From NCBI GenBank assembly GCA_965205945.1, contig CBDBIB010000001.1:160001-224000 (forward strand): 64,000 bases of DNA, read 5' to 3'. The translations under genes and the position numbers were made by a program. The DNA comes from Bdellovibrionales bacterium (GTDB lineage Bacteria; Bdellovibrionota; Bdellovibrionia; Bdellovibrionales; UBA1609). Below the pieces are notes generated by a model. That model saw only the letters and a program-made list of their open reading frames with translations, was not told the DNA's origin and did no database searches. Positions 31,869-42,026 of the stretch are shown here, piece after piece; within the stretch, counting starts at the first letter, position 1, and the number at the start of each line of letters is the position of its first letter.

Positions 31869-33767
31869 TTATCTTAAAACTAAACTCAAAATATTTGATT
31901 TTGGAAGTAGACTTCCTGGGGGTGGTTGCATAGATTTAATTTTACCATTACCTGAAATTTTAAAAATAAGTTTCGTATCTTTAACCGTCTGAATAGCTTC
32001 TCTTAACGAATAACCCCTAAGATTAGGCACTCTTTTATTTAATATACCCTTTAGATTTTCATTTTTTTTAAAAGAATTCCCTAACCCCATAGAAGCTAAA
32101 TTTTTAATATTAGATTGATCAATCTTATCGGGAAAAATTTGATCCTTACCCAGCATAAATTCAACTAACTTAGCAAAAACAGGACCAGCTAAAGCTCCAC
32201 CACTTCTTGGTTTTACAGGTTCATCAATCATTATCAGTGCAATATACTTAGGTTTTGAAAGTGGATACACTCCAACAAAACTAGACAACACCTCTTTTGT
32301 ATAGCCACCATTAATTAAATCAGATTTTTGAGAAGTTCCAGTTTTCCCACCAACTAAATATCCTGGAACAATTGCCGTCTCACCTGTACCACCTAAAGAT
32401 ATAACCGATGACAAAAAACCTCTTGCTAAAAACAATTCTTTCTTTGAATAAATTTTCTTAAAAGATTTTATTTTGTATTTCTTAATTTTTTGCCCCTCTC
32501 TATATCCTTTTAAGTAATGAGGCTTTACAAGATGCCCCTCGTTAGCAACTGCACTATAGGCTCTTAAAACCTGTAACGGCGATAGTGAAATTCCATAACC
32601 AAAAGAAATCGACGCTAAATGATGCTTGCCTGATAATTTTTTATGGAAAATAGGACTTGCCTCACCCGGAAAATCAACTCCTGTTTTTTTAGAAAACCCT
32701 AAATTAATGTAATGCTTAACAAGTTCTTCTTCTCCTAACTTCATAGCTAATTCAGCAGAAACCGTATTTAAAGATTTTGAAAAAGCCTTTACTAAAGTTA
32801 TCTTATCACAATCCTGCTTATGAGAATTTCTAATTCTTCGAGTTCCTATAAGATATCCATCATCTCCACAAGAAAATTTTTCTGACGGTTTTATATTTCT
32901 AATACTTGCAGTTTTTGTAAAACTAAATACTTTTAATATAGATCCTGGCTCGTGTATTTCAGATATGGCAATATTATTAGAACTTTTTTTTCTGCCTTTT
33001 TTCTCTACCTGAACAGATGAAATAATTTCTCCTGTAATTGGAGACATAACAACAGCCCAAGCTCTTTTTGCATCAACTTGTTTAACCCTATCTTTTAAAA
33101 ATTTTTCTAAAAACACCTGTGTTTCCACATCAATGTTTAAAAAAATATCCTTTCCACTAATCTCTTTAAGCAAGTTCTCATTGGAAAAAAATAAAGGCCG
33201 TCCTTTTCCATCCTGAAGACTTTTAAATCTTAATGGCTTTCCTTTTAATAAATGATCATATTCAAGTTCAATGCCACTTAAACCATTCCCATCAATATCA
33301 GTCTTCCCCACTAAAAAACCTAAAGACTCCTCATTAAAATAAACTCTCTTATACTCCTCTAAAAAGCTTAGACCCTTAATATCAAGTTGTGCTATTTTTT
33401 TATACTCACTCTCTGAAATTTTTCTTTTAATCCAAACAAATCTATTGTTCTTAGATATTTTTGAGTACAGTTTTCTTCTATTTATATTTAAAATTTTAGA
33501 AACTCTATCCACTAACTTATCTTTTTGAACAATCATTTGTGGATCAACAAATATGGACCAAGAAGACACACTTGTTGCTAAAATATTTCCATTTCTATCA
33601 TAAATATTTCCTCTTTTTGAATGCAATTTAACTTTTAAAGCAAACTGTTTATTTATTTTAGCCTCTAATTTTTCATTAGGCATAACTTGTAATTGAAATA
33701 ATCTTATAACCAAGATCACCAAACTACAAAGCACTGAAAAATGTAATATAAATAATTTAACTTTCAT
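31869..33767 (-). CDS. ftsI: Class B penicillin-binding protein FtsI with PASTA domain
   Basis: RGNIYDRNG, SILK (SxxK), SLN, KTG; last gene of mraZ-rsmH-ftsL-ftsI. Confidence 0.9.
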   Translation of the reverse strand: MKVKLFILHFSVLCSLVILVIRLFQLQVMPNEKLEAKINKQFALKVKLHSKRGNIYDRNGNILATSVSSWSIFVDPQMIVQKDKLVDRVSKILNINRRKLYSKISKNNRFVWIKRKISESEYKKIAQLDIKGLSFLEEYKRVYFNEESLGFLVGKTDIDGNGLSGIELEYDHLLKGKPLRFKSLQDGKGRPLFFSNENLLKEISGKDIFLNIDVETQVFLEKFLKDRVKQVDAKRAWAVVMSPITGEIISSVQVEKKGRKKSSNNIAISEIHEPGSILKVFSFTKTASIRNIKPSEKFSCGDDGYLIGTRRIRNSHKQDCDKITLVKAFSKSLNTVSAELAMKLGEEELVKHYINLGFSKKTGVDFPGEASPIFHKKLSGKHHLASISFGYGISLSPLQVLRAYSAVANEGHLVKPHYLKGYREGQKIKKYKIKSFKKIYSKKELFLARGFLSSVISLGGTGETAIVPGYLVGGKTGTSQKSDLINGGYTKEVLSSFVGVYPLSKPKYIALIMIDEPVKPRSGGALAGPVFAKLVEFMLGKDQIFPDKIDQSNIKNLASMGLGNSFKKNENLKGILNKRVPNLRGYSLREAIQTVKDTKLIFKISGNGKIKSMQPPPGSLLPKSNILSLVLR

Positions 33768-33776
33768 TCTTAACCC

Positions 33777-34061
33777 CTACCTAGTGATCACTAAACCAGA
33801 CCTATTAATCATCACTAACTGTTCAGTCTTTGGCCTCTTTAAAGCAACCATTCCACTAGCTTTAAAAACCATTCTTTCTGGTCCAACTTTGTACTCATAG
33901 TTTGCTTCTAAAAGTTTTACTGCACTTTCCTGTTCTTTTAAAAATTGTGATTTTTTATATAAATCATATGAAATAATAGCCATCTTTGTTCTAAACTGTA
34001 AAATAACTCCTAAAGTTAAAAACACTAATACCACATTCGCAAGTTTTATTTTTTGACTCAT
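33777..34061 (-). CDS. ftsL: FtsL-like cell division protein
   Basis: Single TM plus coiled coil; position between rsmH and ftsI. Confidence 0.65.
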   Translation of the reverse strand: MSQKIKLANVVLVFLTLGVILQFRTKMAIISYDLYKKSQFLKEQESAVKLLEANYEYKVGPERMVFKASGMVALKRPKTEQLVMINRSGLVITR

Positions 34062-34070
34062 AACAACCCC

Positions 34071-34964
34071 TTAGTTTTTTTTAAACGCTCTAAGTTTTGC
34101 ACTTCTTGCACGCTTATTTTCTAATTCTTCCTCTTTTTTTGGTTTAATAACTTTTTTATTAATAGGTTTTCCCACTGTACTATTTTTAAAATACTGCTTA
34201 ACCATTCTATCTTCTAAGCTATGAAAACTAATAATCATAAAAACACCTCCATCTCTAAGTTTTTCTGTATAAAACTCAAGGGCTTCACCTAGTTTTTCTA
34301 ATTCAGCGTTAACATAAACCCTTAAAGCCTGAAAATATAATGTTGCTGGATGATGCCCTTTTTTCTTCCATCCACATTTTTTTTCAATCAAATTTGCAAG
34401 TTCTAATGTAGTTTCAAATTTTTTCTGAATCCTAAATTTTTCAATACCTTCTAATAATCTATCTGAAGCATAAACTTCCCCATATTTAAGAAAAATCATT
34501 CGTAAATCTTTAAGGGACTTTTCATTTATAATGTTTGCAGCTGTTTTACCAGTACTCTGATTCATTCTCATATCTAAAGGCCCATCATTATAAAAACTAA
34601 AACCTCTTTTTGCATTATCAAACTGAGGAGAGCTCACCCCTATATCAAAAAATACAAAATCTAAATCTTTTTTTAGTAAACCCTCAACCCTTTGCCTATC
34701 TGAAAAATTTGCATGAAGAAGTTGTAACCTCTTACTAAAAAGATAGTGTTTATATTTAGATTTTGCATGCTTAATCGCATCTATATCCTGATCAATACCT
34801 AAAACTTTAAAGTTTGGAAAAAACTCTAGAATTGCACTTGTATGCCCTCCTCTTCCAAAAGTTCCATCAACGCCAAAAATATTTTTTTTAATATCAAAAT
34901 TTTCTTTAAAAACTTTTAAAGTTTCTTTTAATAAAACAGGCTTATGCAACTGACTTAAGTTCAT
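34071..34964 (-). CDS. rsmH: 16S rRNA m4C1402 methyltransferase RsmH (MraW)
   Basis: HKPVLL, DGTFGRGGH, DIGVSSPQ, PLDMRM, ISFHSLEDR, RARSAKLR; ATG 34964 after AGGAG. Confidence 0.96.
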   Translation of the reverse strand: MNLSQLHKPVLLKETLKVFKENFDIKKNIFGVDGTFGRGGHTSAILEFFPNFKVLGIDQDIDAIKHAKSKYKHYLFSKRLQLLHANFSDRQRVEGLLKKDLDFVFFDIGVSSPQFDNAKRGFSFYNDGPLDMRMNQSTGKTAANIINEKSLKDLRMIFLKYGEVYASDRLLEGIEKFRIQKKFETTLELANLIEKKCGWKKKGHHPATLYFQALRVYVNAELEKLGEALEFYTEKLRDGGVFMIISFHSLEDRMVKQYFKNSTVGKPINKKVIKPKKEEELENKRARSAKLRAFKKN

Positions 34965-35433
34965 ATTCTTTCTCCTGCTTAAGTTTAGTTTTATCAAAAC
35001 CATTAACCCAACCTTCAAGGCTCTCAAAATCATTTATAAAGTTATTTAAAACTTCTGCCCATGAATCAGCTGACCAAAGTTCAATCTTGTTTTCTAAATT
35101 TATAACAACAGCTTTTTTTGTAAGCTTAACTAATTCTCTTTGAAACCCTGGAATAATGATCCTATTTTGCTTATCAATACTAATCTTTGAACTCCCACTC
35201 AATAAAAACCTTTTATATGCTTTAAACCTTGGATCTTTTTGAGGAAAAACCTGAAGAGTGTTGATTTTTTCTTCCCACTCTTTAATCGTAAGAAGCTCTA
35301 GAAATGATTTTTTTGAAAAAACACCCACACTTAAAATAAGCTCATTAGAAAACAAACCTAAGGCTGAGGACGGCAGCGAAAACCTTCCCTTATCATCTAT
35401 CTTAATCTGTACTTGTCCTAACCAATTTTCCAC
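34942..35433 (-). CDS. mraZ: Transcriptional regulator MraZ
   Basis: Two DxKxR-type motifs (IDDKGRF, IDKQNRI), KIELW; first gene of the dcw block. Confidence 0.9.
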   Translation of the reverse strand: MENWLGQVQIKIDDKGRFSLPSSALGLFSNELILSVGVFSKKSFLELLTIKEWEEKINTLQVFPQKDPRFKAYKRFLLSGSSKISIDKQNRIIIPGFQRELVKLTKKAVVINLENKIELWSADSWAEVLNNFINDFESLEGWVNGFDKTKLKQEKEYELKSVA

Positions 35434-35473
35434 TTTTTCCCACCATTCTCCCTTTATTTCCCTTCGGTTCCAT
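35430..35473 (-). promoter_or_regulatory. Five 10-bp-phased direct repeats, putative MraZ operator
   Basis: Minus strand ATGG/AGGG/AGGG/GTGG/GTGG starting at 35473, 35463, 35453, 35443 and 35433. Confidence 0.75.
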
Positions 35474-35592
35474 TACAAAAAACCTAGAAAATAGGCTTTT
35501 TTTGTTTCTATTTGATACAAGACCAGCCTAAAGTCTCCCTAATTATTTAAATTAAGCAACTAATAAACGTATAATAGTAAAAGGAGTAAAAT

Positions 35593-36417
35593 TTGATCGT
35601 ATCATGTCCAAAATGTTTCTTAGAGCAACCACTTGATCACTATTGCGCTGGTTGTGGCAAAGAACTTAAAAAGCTCCTTCATGAAAAAAATAAAAATAGA
35701 TCTTTTAAAAGAAAAAAAAATCAATTTATACTCGCCTTTTTTTTCCTTACTTTTTTAAGTGCTTCATACCTTTACTACTCTAACCATAAAACTCAGACTA
35801 ATTTTCTTTCCCAAAACAGTAATGATCAAAAAACTCAAATAGAGCTTGCACTACCAAAAGATCTCATCGTAAGTAAAAAACCTGATTTAAAAAATTATGC
35901 CCTTAAAGATTTAAAAGAATCCAGAAAAACAAATCCTTTTAAAAAAAATATTCCTATTAAGCAAAATAAAACTAAAAAAATTAAAGACTTTTATTTTCTT
36001 TCTCTTGAACATTGTAACCACATACCATTAATTGGTGAACTTAACAGCAGTCAATATATAAAACTCATGAAATGTGCAATTGTACACTTTAAAACATCTA
36101 AAATGAAGACTGAAGAAATATTAGATGAAGCCCCTTCTTTTACCACCCAATTTTTAATAAATATAGAAAAACATCTTATTACACTTAATTTTATTTTAAC
36201 AACAGATCTTTATATTGAAGAGTTTAAGCATACCCTTGATTTAGATATTGAATCTGAATCTGCCGCCACAATTTGGGCAAACACCAAACACAATGTTGAA
36301 TCTATAGAATTTCCCTTAAAAGATATGCTTGAAAGTTATGCAACCTTAGCACTCTTTGATTTTTTAATTAAAGAAGAGCCTTTGCCAAAACTTTATTTTC
36401 TTGCCTCATATAAGTAA
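35593..36417 (+). CDS. Hypothetical membrane protein with N-terminal zinc ribbon
   Basis: AAGGAG RBS and TTG start; CPKC...CAGC, basic patch, one TM segment. Confidence 0.7.
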   Translation: MIVSCPKCFLEQPLDHYCAGCGKELKKLLHEKNKNRSFKRKKNQFILAFFFLTFLSASYLYYSNHKTQTNFLSQNSNDQKTQIELALPKDLIVSKKPDLKNYALKDLKESRKTNPFKKNIPIKQNKTKKIKDFYFLSLEHCNHIPLIGELNSSQYIKLMKCAIVHFKTSKMKTEEILDEAPSFTTQFLINIEKHLITLNFILTTDLYIEEFKHTLDLDIESESAATIWANTKHNVESIEFPLKDMLESYATLALFDFLIKEEPLPKLYFLASYK

Positions 36418-36456
36418 AAGATTGCAGGCTACACCTGCATTAGATAGCCTTCTTAC

Positions 36457-37068
36457 ATGGATCCTTTTTCCCCTAAAATTAATAAAAATCATGGCCAGCT
36501 TAAAGTTATTACTGGATGTATGTTTAGTGGTAAAACCGAAGAACTTATTAAACTTGTAAAAAAAGCCCAACTTGCCCATAAAAAAATTCAAATATTTAAA
36601 CCTTATTTAGACAACAGATACAAGTTAGACTTTATAGTTTCCCATAGCAATTTAAAACTTCCTTGCAAAACCATTAAAGAATCCTCTGACATCTTAAAGC
36701 TTTTAAAAGCTGATACTGAATTTATTGCTATTGATGAAGTTCAATTTCTAGATCAAAATATTGTAGAAATAGCTTTAAGCCTTACCGCTTCTGGGAAACA
36801 TATTGTTTGTGCAGGTCTAGACATTAATTGGCAAGGAAAACCTTTTAATCCCATGCCTTTTTTACTAGCCTCTGCTGATATAATTACAAAACAATATGCT
36901 GTCTGTACTAAATGTGGAGCACCAGCCACTCGAACACAAAGAACTATTGATTCTGATCAAAATATTTTAATCGGCTCTAGAAAAATATATCAGGCAAGAT
37001 GTAGAATGCACTTTAATCCTTTTAGGTATATAAATAAAACCACTAAAATACCGGAGACAATTTTATGA
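36457..37068 (+). CDS. tdk: Thymidine kinase
   Basis: GCMFSGKTEELI, IDEVQF, AGLD, CxxC zinc site. Confidence 0.96.
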   Translation: MDPFSPKINKNHGQLKVITGCMFSGKTEELIKLVKKAQLAHKKIQIFKPYLDNRYKLDFIVSHSNLKLPCKTIKESSDILKLLKADTEFIAIDEVQFLDQNIVEIALSLTASGKHIVCAGLDINWQGKPFNPMPFLLASADIITKQYAVCTKCGAPATRTQRTIDSDQNILIGSRKIYQARCRMHFNPFRYINKTTKIPETIL

Positions 37069-37604
37069 TTGGTGATAAACTTACCACTTTAATTAACGAT
37101 TCAAAAATTAAAGCCTCTGTGGCAGCCCTAGGGGCAAAGCTTGGTAAAAATTTAAATTTTGATAAACCTCCTATTTTCATCTGCATTTTAAAAGGTGCTA
37201 GTTTTTTCTTTGCCGATTTAATTCGTGAATACCCCCACGATTGCAAAGTAGATTTTATAGGATGTTCTAGCTACAATGACTCTATAACTTCAAGTGGTGA
37301 AGTAAAAATCACCTATGATTTGTCTCTTTCAATCAAAGATGAAAACATCATCATCGTTGAAGATATTGTTGACACCGGCTACACTCTTAAATTTTTACAT
37401 AATTTTTTAAATATGAGAAATCCAAAATCTATTACAACAGTAACCTTACTTAATAAACCCAAAGCTTTGCAAACAAAAATCCAAGTTGATCACTCTTGTT
37501 TTGAAATTGGCAATGAGTTTGTTGTTGGCTACGGTCTTGATTTTAATAATTGCTACAGAAACCACCCTCACATTGCTGTATTGACAAATACAAATTTAAA
37601 CTAA
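37065..37604 (+). CDS. hpt: Hypoxanthine phosphoribosyltransferase
   Basis: ILKGA, IVEDIVDTGYTL, FVVGYGLD. Confidence 0.95.
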   Translation: MIGDKLTTLINDSKIKASVAALGAKLGKNLNFDKPPIFICILKGASFFFADLIREYPHDCKVDFIGCSSYNDSITSSGEVKITYDLSLSIKDENIIIVEDIVDTGYTLKFLHNFLNMRNPKSITTVTLLNKPKALQTKIQVDHSCFEIGNEFVVGYGLDFNNCYRNHPHIAVLTNTNLN

Positions 37605-38995
37605 AGTTTTTCTAAAAAATTATCAAAAGTCTGACGAGCATCAAATTGCTTGCCTCTTAAACCATTATACATAAAAGTAAATGCGTACTCTTTATTTCCT
37701 TTTTTATAAAAACCTGACAATGTTGAAACACCTGCGAGTAAACCAGTTTTAGCTCTTACAAGACCTGGTATTTTACAAAGTCTATCTTTTAAAGTTCCAT
37801 CAACACAAGATATTGGAAAAGATGATAAAAGTTCTGGAAAATACACTTGATCCTGTGTTGCTAATATAAATTTAGTAAAATCACCTGGTGAGACCTGATT
37901 TTTTCTACTCAAACCTGAAGCACTCTTGTAAACAATACCTTTAGAAAAGGGCGATACTTTTTTAAAATTAGCTTTTAAAACACTCAACCCTCCCTCGTAT
38001 GAGCCAGAAGACTTTAAAACTTCACCATGGCAAACCTTTGTCAGCATATCTGCCATAAAATTATTAGAGTATTTCATCATCAGTTTAATCATTCTAGACA
38101 TAGAATCACTCTTAATTTTTCCTATTTCAAAAAGCCCCTCTGGAGCTTTTAACCACAATACTGTACCTGAAAACTTAATACCTGCATTTTTTAAAAATTC
38201 TTTAAATGCAGATTCAAAGTTTTTACGTGGTTTAAAAACTCTTCTATAAATAGATATTTCTTTATCTAAAGCATCTTTCCCATAAAAGGCTGACAATACT
38301 TCTTTATCTTTTAATTCTCGTGTCTCTACCTTACTTTTTTTTTTAAATAGTTTTTTAAGTCTAAGATCAAAATAAGAGTTTATTGGATCTGTAACAATAT
38401 TTAGCGTAGGTCCATCTAAAAACCTAATTCGTACAGAGTTCCAGTTTAGAGCAAGGCCTGATAAAATCGCGTTATAAGATCTTTGATTCGAATTTGTTCT
38501 ACCACCAATTAAAATTTCTTTATCAAAAATACTATCATCAAAAACTAAATCACCTTCAATTTTTTCAATACCCCATTTTTTGATTTCGTTTACCAATAGC
38601 CACATTTTTTCAGACACTAAAGTCGGATCTCCACCTCCTTGAATATAAAGATTTTCTTTTAAAATTTTTCCCCTTGGTTTTTTAATTGAAAAAATTCTTG
38701 TTTCAATTTTTTTTTCTCCCCCAAAGAATTCAAAAAGCCCCACACTTGTTAAAATTTTTGAAATAGAGGCCGGAATAAATCCCTTATTCTCATTATGTAC
38801 AAAAATAGGCTTCCATAAATTTGAAGAAATCTCTTTTTTATACATACTAATTCCAAATTTACTTAAATTTAATTTTTTTGAGGCCAAGGAAGATTTAAAA
38901 ATCTTTTCATAGTCCTTAGTGACAGCAAAAGCATTATTATTTAAGCTAAATAAAATGAAAAATAAAAAAATAATCCTGATCTTTATTATATCCAC
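37601..38995 (-). CDS. dacB: D-Ala-D-Ala carboxypeptidase/endopeptidase DacB (PBP4, S13)
   Basis: PASISK (SxxK), GGGDP, SNN, SGLSR.N, KTG; GAGG RBS before GTG 38995. Confidence 0.92.
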   Translation of the reverse strand: MDIIKIRIIFLFFILFSLNNNAFAVTKDYEKIFKSSLASKKLNLSKFGISMYKKEISSNLWKPIFVHNENKGFIPASISKILTSVGLFEFFGGEKKIETRIFSIKKPRGKILKENLYIQGGGDPTLVSEKMWLLVNEIKKWGIEKIEGDLVFDDSIFDKEILIGGRTNSNQRSYNAILSGLALNWNSVRIRFLDGPTLNIVTDPINSYFDLRLKKLFKKKSKVETRELKDKEVLSAFYGKDALDKEISIYRRVFKPRKNFESAFKEFLKNAGIKFSGTVLWLKAPEGLFEIGKIKSDSMSRMIKLMMKYSNNFMADMLTKVCHGEVLKSSGSYEGGLSVLKANFKKVSPFSKGIVYKSASGLSRKNQVSPGDFTKFILATQDQVYFPELLSSFPISCVDGTLKDRLCKIPGLVRAKTGLLAGVSTLSGFYKKGNKEYAFTFMYNGLRGKQFDARQTFDNFLEKL

Positions 38996-40412
38996 TTTTT
39001 CCTCTTCTCTTAATGGTTGTAAACGTCAAAATTATACTCAAAGAGATTCAAATTTAATATCAATCGCACTAGGCTCTACACCTTCGTCCATAAACCCAGT
39101 AAAAGCCACCGATGCTACTGGAATGAGATTAGTCTCACTTATCTACCAAGGTCTTGTTCGTATCGGTCCTGATTTAAAACCTGCCAGCGATCTTGCTTAT
39201 AAATGGGAAACTAAAGGTAAAACTCATACCTTTCATATATCTTCTAAAAAAACTTTTTCAAATGGGAGTCCACTTGCTTGTCAAGATTTAAAACAAAGTA
39301 TCTTAAATTTTCAAGATCAACAATGTCCTTTTAATTCAGCTTTTAAAGATATTACAAATATTATCTGCAAAAAAAATAATAGTGATTTTATTCTCTCTTT
39401 TAAAACACCCACAGATCCAGAAAAATTTATCTTAGCAGATCTTCCCGTTCTTAAGATACAAAGAGGAACTTTAGGAACAGGTGCCTTTACTATTTCTAAA
39501 AATAAACCCACATACACCATTCTTAAAAAAAACCCTTTTTATTCAAACCCTCAAAAATATAATATCAAATTCTTCTACTTAAAAGATGACCTTGCTAGAT
39601 TTCTAAAAGTCTATAAAGGGGAAATAGATATAGCTCCAAACTCTATCCCTTTTGAAAAGGTTGCATCTTTTTTAAAAACTCCATTAATCATTTTAGAAAA
39701 ACCCTCTCTTTCTACAACTTATCTTCTAATTAACTTTAAAAATAACGCTCTTAAATCCCTAGCTGTTCGAAAAAAAATATATCAATCTTTAAATATACCG
39801 GAATTAGTTGCACACAGATTTAACAATCATGTTACATTAGCAAAATCCTTACTTTCTCCAGAACACCCCTATTACTCTACAAACTTAAACAATATTCACC
39901 ACACCAATAATAATCAAAGTTTATCTATTCCTACTCTGATTTTTAAGACTTCAAATTCCAGACAAACTAGAGAAACAGCAAAGATTATGATGCACACCCT
40001 TAAAACAAAAAAAATTAAGACCTCTTTACAAAGTTTTGAATGGGGAACGTTTTATAAAGATATTAAAAATGGTCGATTTGACATCGCACTTATGAAGTGG
40101 GTTGGTGTTGTAGATCCAGATCTTTACAACCTTGCCTTTAATAGCAATGAGTTTCCACCAGGACGAAATCGTGGGTACTATACGAACCTTAAATTAGACA
40201 AAATTCTTGATTTAGGACGTTTATCAAAAAATCAATTAGAACGTATTAAAACATACAAAACTGCCCAAGATATTGTCTTTAAAGACCTTGCCATCATCCC
40301 TCTTTGGCATGAGAACCAAATTCATATTGTCCATCCAAGAATTAAAAATTATAAATTAAACCCCATGGGAGATTTTACATCTTTTTTAAACCTTAGCATC
40401 GAGGCGAATTAA
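38955..40412 (+). CDS. ABC transporter family-5 (peptide/nickel) substrate-binding lipoprotein
   Basis: Lipobox LNGC, LIYQGLV...DLA..W, GTGAF, NRG.Y.N, IPLW; ATG 38955 is the probable start. Confidence 0.85.
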   Translation: MKNKKIILIFIISTFSSSLNGCKRQNYTQRDSNLISIALGSTPSSINPVKATDATGMRLVSLIYQGLVRIGPDLKPASDLAYKWETKGKTHTFHISSKKTFSNGSPLACQDLKQSILNFQDQQCPFNSAFKDITNIICKKNNSDFILSFKTPTDPEKFILADLPVLKIQRGTLGTGAFTISKNKPTYTILKKNPFYSNPQKYNIKFFYLKDDLARFLKVYKGEIDIAPNSIPFEKVASFLKTPLIILEKPSLSTTYLLINFKNNALKSLAVRKKIYQSLNIPELVAHRFNNHVTLAKSLLSPEHPYYSTNLNNIHHTNNNQSLSIPTLIFKTSNSRQTRETAKIMMHTLKTKKIKTSLQSFEWGTFYKDIKNGRFDIALMKWVGVVDPDLYNLAFNSNEFPPGRNRGYYTNLKLDKILDLGRLSKNQLERIKTYKTAQDIVFKDLAIIPLWHENQIHIVHPRIKNYKLNPMGDFTSFLNLSIEAN

Positions 40413-40413
40413 A

Positions 40414-41073
40414 ATGTCTACTCTAAATTACGAGCTTTTTTTTAAACAAGTACCTGATAAAATTAAATATCTATTTAATCCTTCTCAATCCGTTTGGACA
40501 CTTTTAAATGGAGGTCTTAAAGAATTTTTTAATTCTCAAAGTGATAAGAATATCCTTCTTGGTAAAATTTCTCCTCAAGCATATCTTAAAGGAAGTAAAA
40601 TCTACATTTCAAAAAACGCAAGAATTGAGGCTGGAGCTTTCATTAAAGGACCTTGTTATATAGATGAAGGCTCTCAGATTAGACATGGAGCTTACCTTAG
40701 AGGAAATGTTTTTGTTAGTAAAAACTGTGTTGTTGGCCATTGCACTGAAGTAAAACATTCTGTTTTTTTAGATGGCGCTAAAGCTGGACATTTTAACTAT
40801 ATTGGCGACAGTATTTTAGGAAATAATATTAATCTTGGAGCTGGAACTAAACTTGCCAATCTTAAAATGACCTCAGGCTCTATAAAAGTAAAAACAGACT
40901 CAATCTGTATAGACACTGGACTTAAAAAGTTTGGAGCTATTTTAGGAGACAACACTAAAACCGGATGTAATTCAGTTTTAAACCCTGGATCCATCCTAGC
41001 TCCAAAGTCTTTTGTTTTTTCAAATGTTTCAGTTTACGGAGTACACTTAAAGCGCGTTAAACTAAAAAAATAA
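40414..41073 (+). CDS. GlmU-like left-handed beta-helix acyltransferase
   Basis: Hexapeptide repeats, HFNYIGDSILG, NLGAGTKLAN, KFGAILGD. Confidence 0.8.
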   Translation: MSTLNYELFFKQVPDKIKYLFNPSQSVWTLLNGGLKEFFNSQSDKNILLGKISPQAYLKGSKIYISKNARIEAGAFIKGPCYIDEGSQIRHGAYLRGNVFVSKNCVVGHCTEVKHSVFLDGAKAGHFNYIGDSILGNNINLGAGTKLANLKMTSGSIKVKTDSICIDTGLKKFGAILGDNTKTGCNSVLNPGSILAPKSFVFSNVSVYGVHLKRVKLKK

Positions 41074-41102
41074 CTATATGTTAATAAATATAACAATTTA
41101 GT

Positions 41103-42026
41103 TTAAGAAAACTCGTTTCTTTTTCTTTGAAGACTTTTAAGTTTTAAAATATCTACCTTTAAAACTTGTGCAATATCTTCTAAATCTTTAAATTCATCAT
41201 TTTGTCTAAGCTTAAAATCATAGGAAGCCCCTTTTCTTATATCTACTATATATCTTTTAAAACCATGAACAGGCCCCACTGATCTATGAGATAAATGTCT
41301 TCCAATTAAAAACAAAGAAAAACTAAATAGTAATGATAAAATAGCAAAAACCACCACAAAGGGAATCAAATATCTAAAACTATTGTTTAAACCGTTAACG
41401 ATAAAATCATTAATCATCACCTTCATAAAAGTATAAGCGTAAACACCAAAAACAATAGAAAACCAAATACTTACTGAAGATAAAATAATAGAATATTTAA
41501 ATTGATATTTAGGATCAATCCAAAGCTTATTTCTTTTATTCTCTTCATGCCAAATCAAATGCCCTTTAAATAAAATCATATAAACAATAAATCCACAACC
41601 TAACCACTGAAGAGCATCTGCAACATTAAATGCTGGAGACAGTTTACCCTCACCCCCAATTACAATAAAATCAATAATAGAACCATATAAAATTCTATCT
41701 GTAACATTACCTAAAATTCCACCTAACAAAACACTTAATCCTACTCGAAGTTTCATTACATTATTTGGAAGAAAAAACTGAATTATTGCGTACATAAAAA
41801 CTAAAAATACACCACCAGTTGCTAATGAAACTACTCTTAAAAGCGGCGGTAAATCTGAAAACATCCCTAACATTGCGCCTGAGTTATGATGCATTACAAT
41901 TCCACCCCAAAAATACCAAATTGATCCAGAAAACGTAAATTTAATAGCCCACAGTTTTGTAAGTTGATCTAATCCCCAAACCAGAAATAAAGGCGCCACG
42001 GCATAAAACCATTCTCGTTTCTTCAT
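41103..42026 (-). CDS. lspA: Lipoprotein signal peptidase II with C-terminal 2-TM + HAMP-like extension
   Basis: DQLTK, NSGA, GNVTDR, FNVAD; ~150 extra residues ending SHRSVGP...KG...LRQNDEF. Confidence 0.85.
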   Translation of the reverse strand: MKKREWFYAVAPLFLVWGLDQLTKLWAIKFTFSGSIWYFWGGIVMHHNSGAMLGMFSDLPPLLRVVSLATGGVFLVFMYAIIQFFLPNNVMKLRVGLSVLLGGILGNVTDRILYGSIIDFIVIGGEGKLSPAFNVADALQWLGCGFIVYMILFKGHLIWHEENKRNKLWIDPKYQFKYSIILSSVSIWFSIVFGVYAYTFMKVMINDFIVNGLNNSFRYLIPFVVVFAILSLLFSFSLFLIGRHLSHRSVGPVHGFKRYIVDIRKGASYDFKLRQNDEFKDLEDIAQVLKVDILKLKSLQRKRNEFS

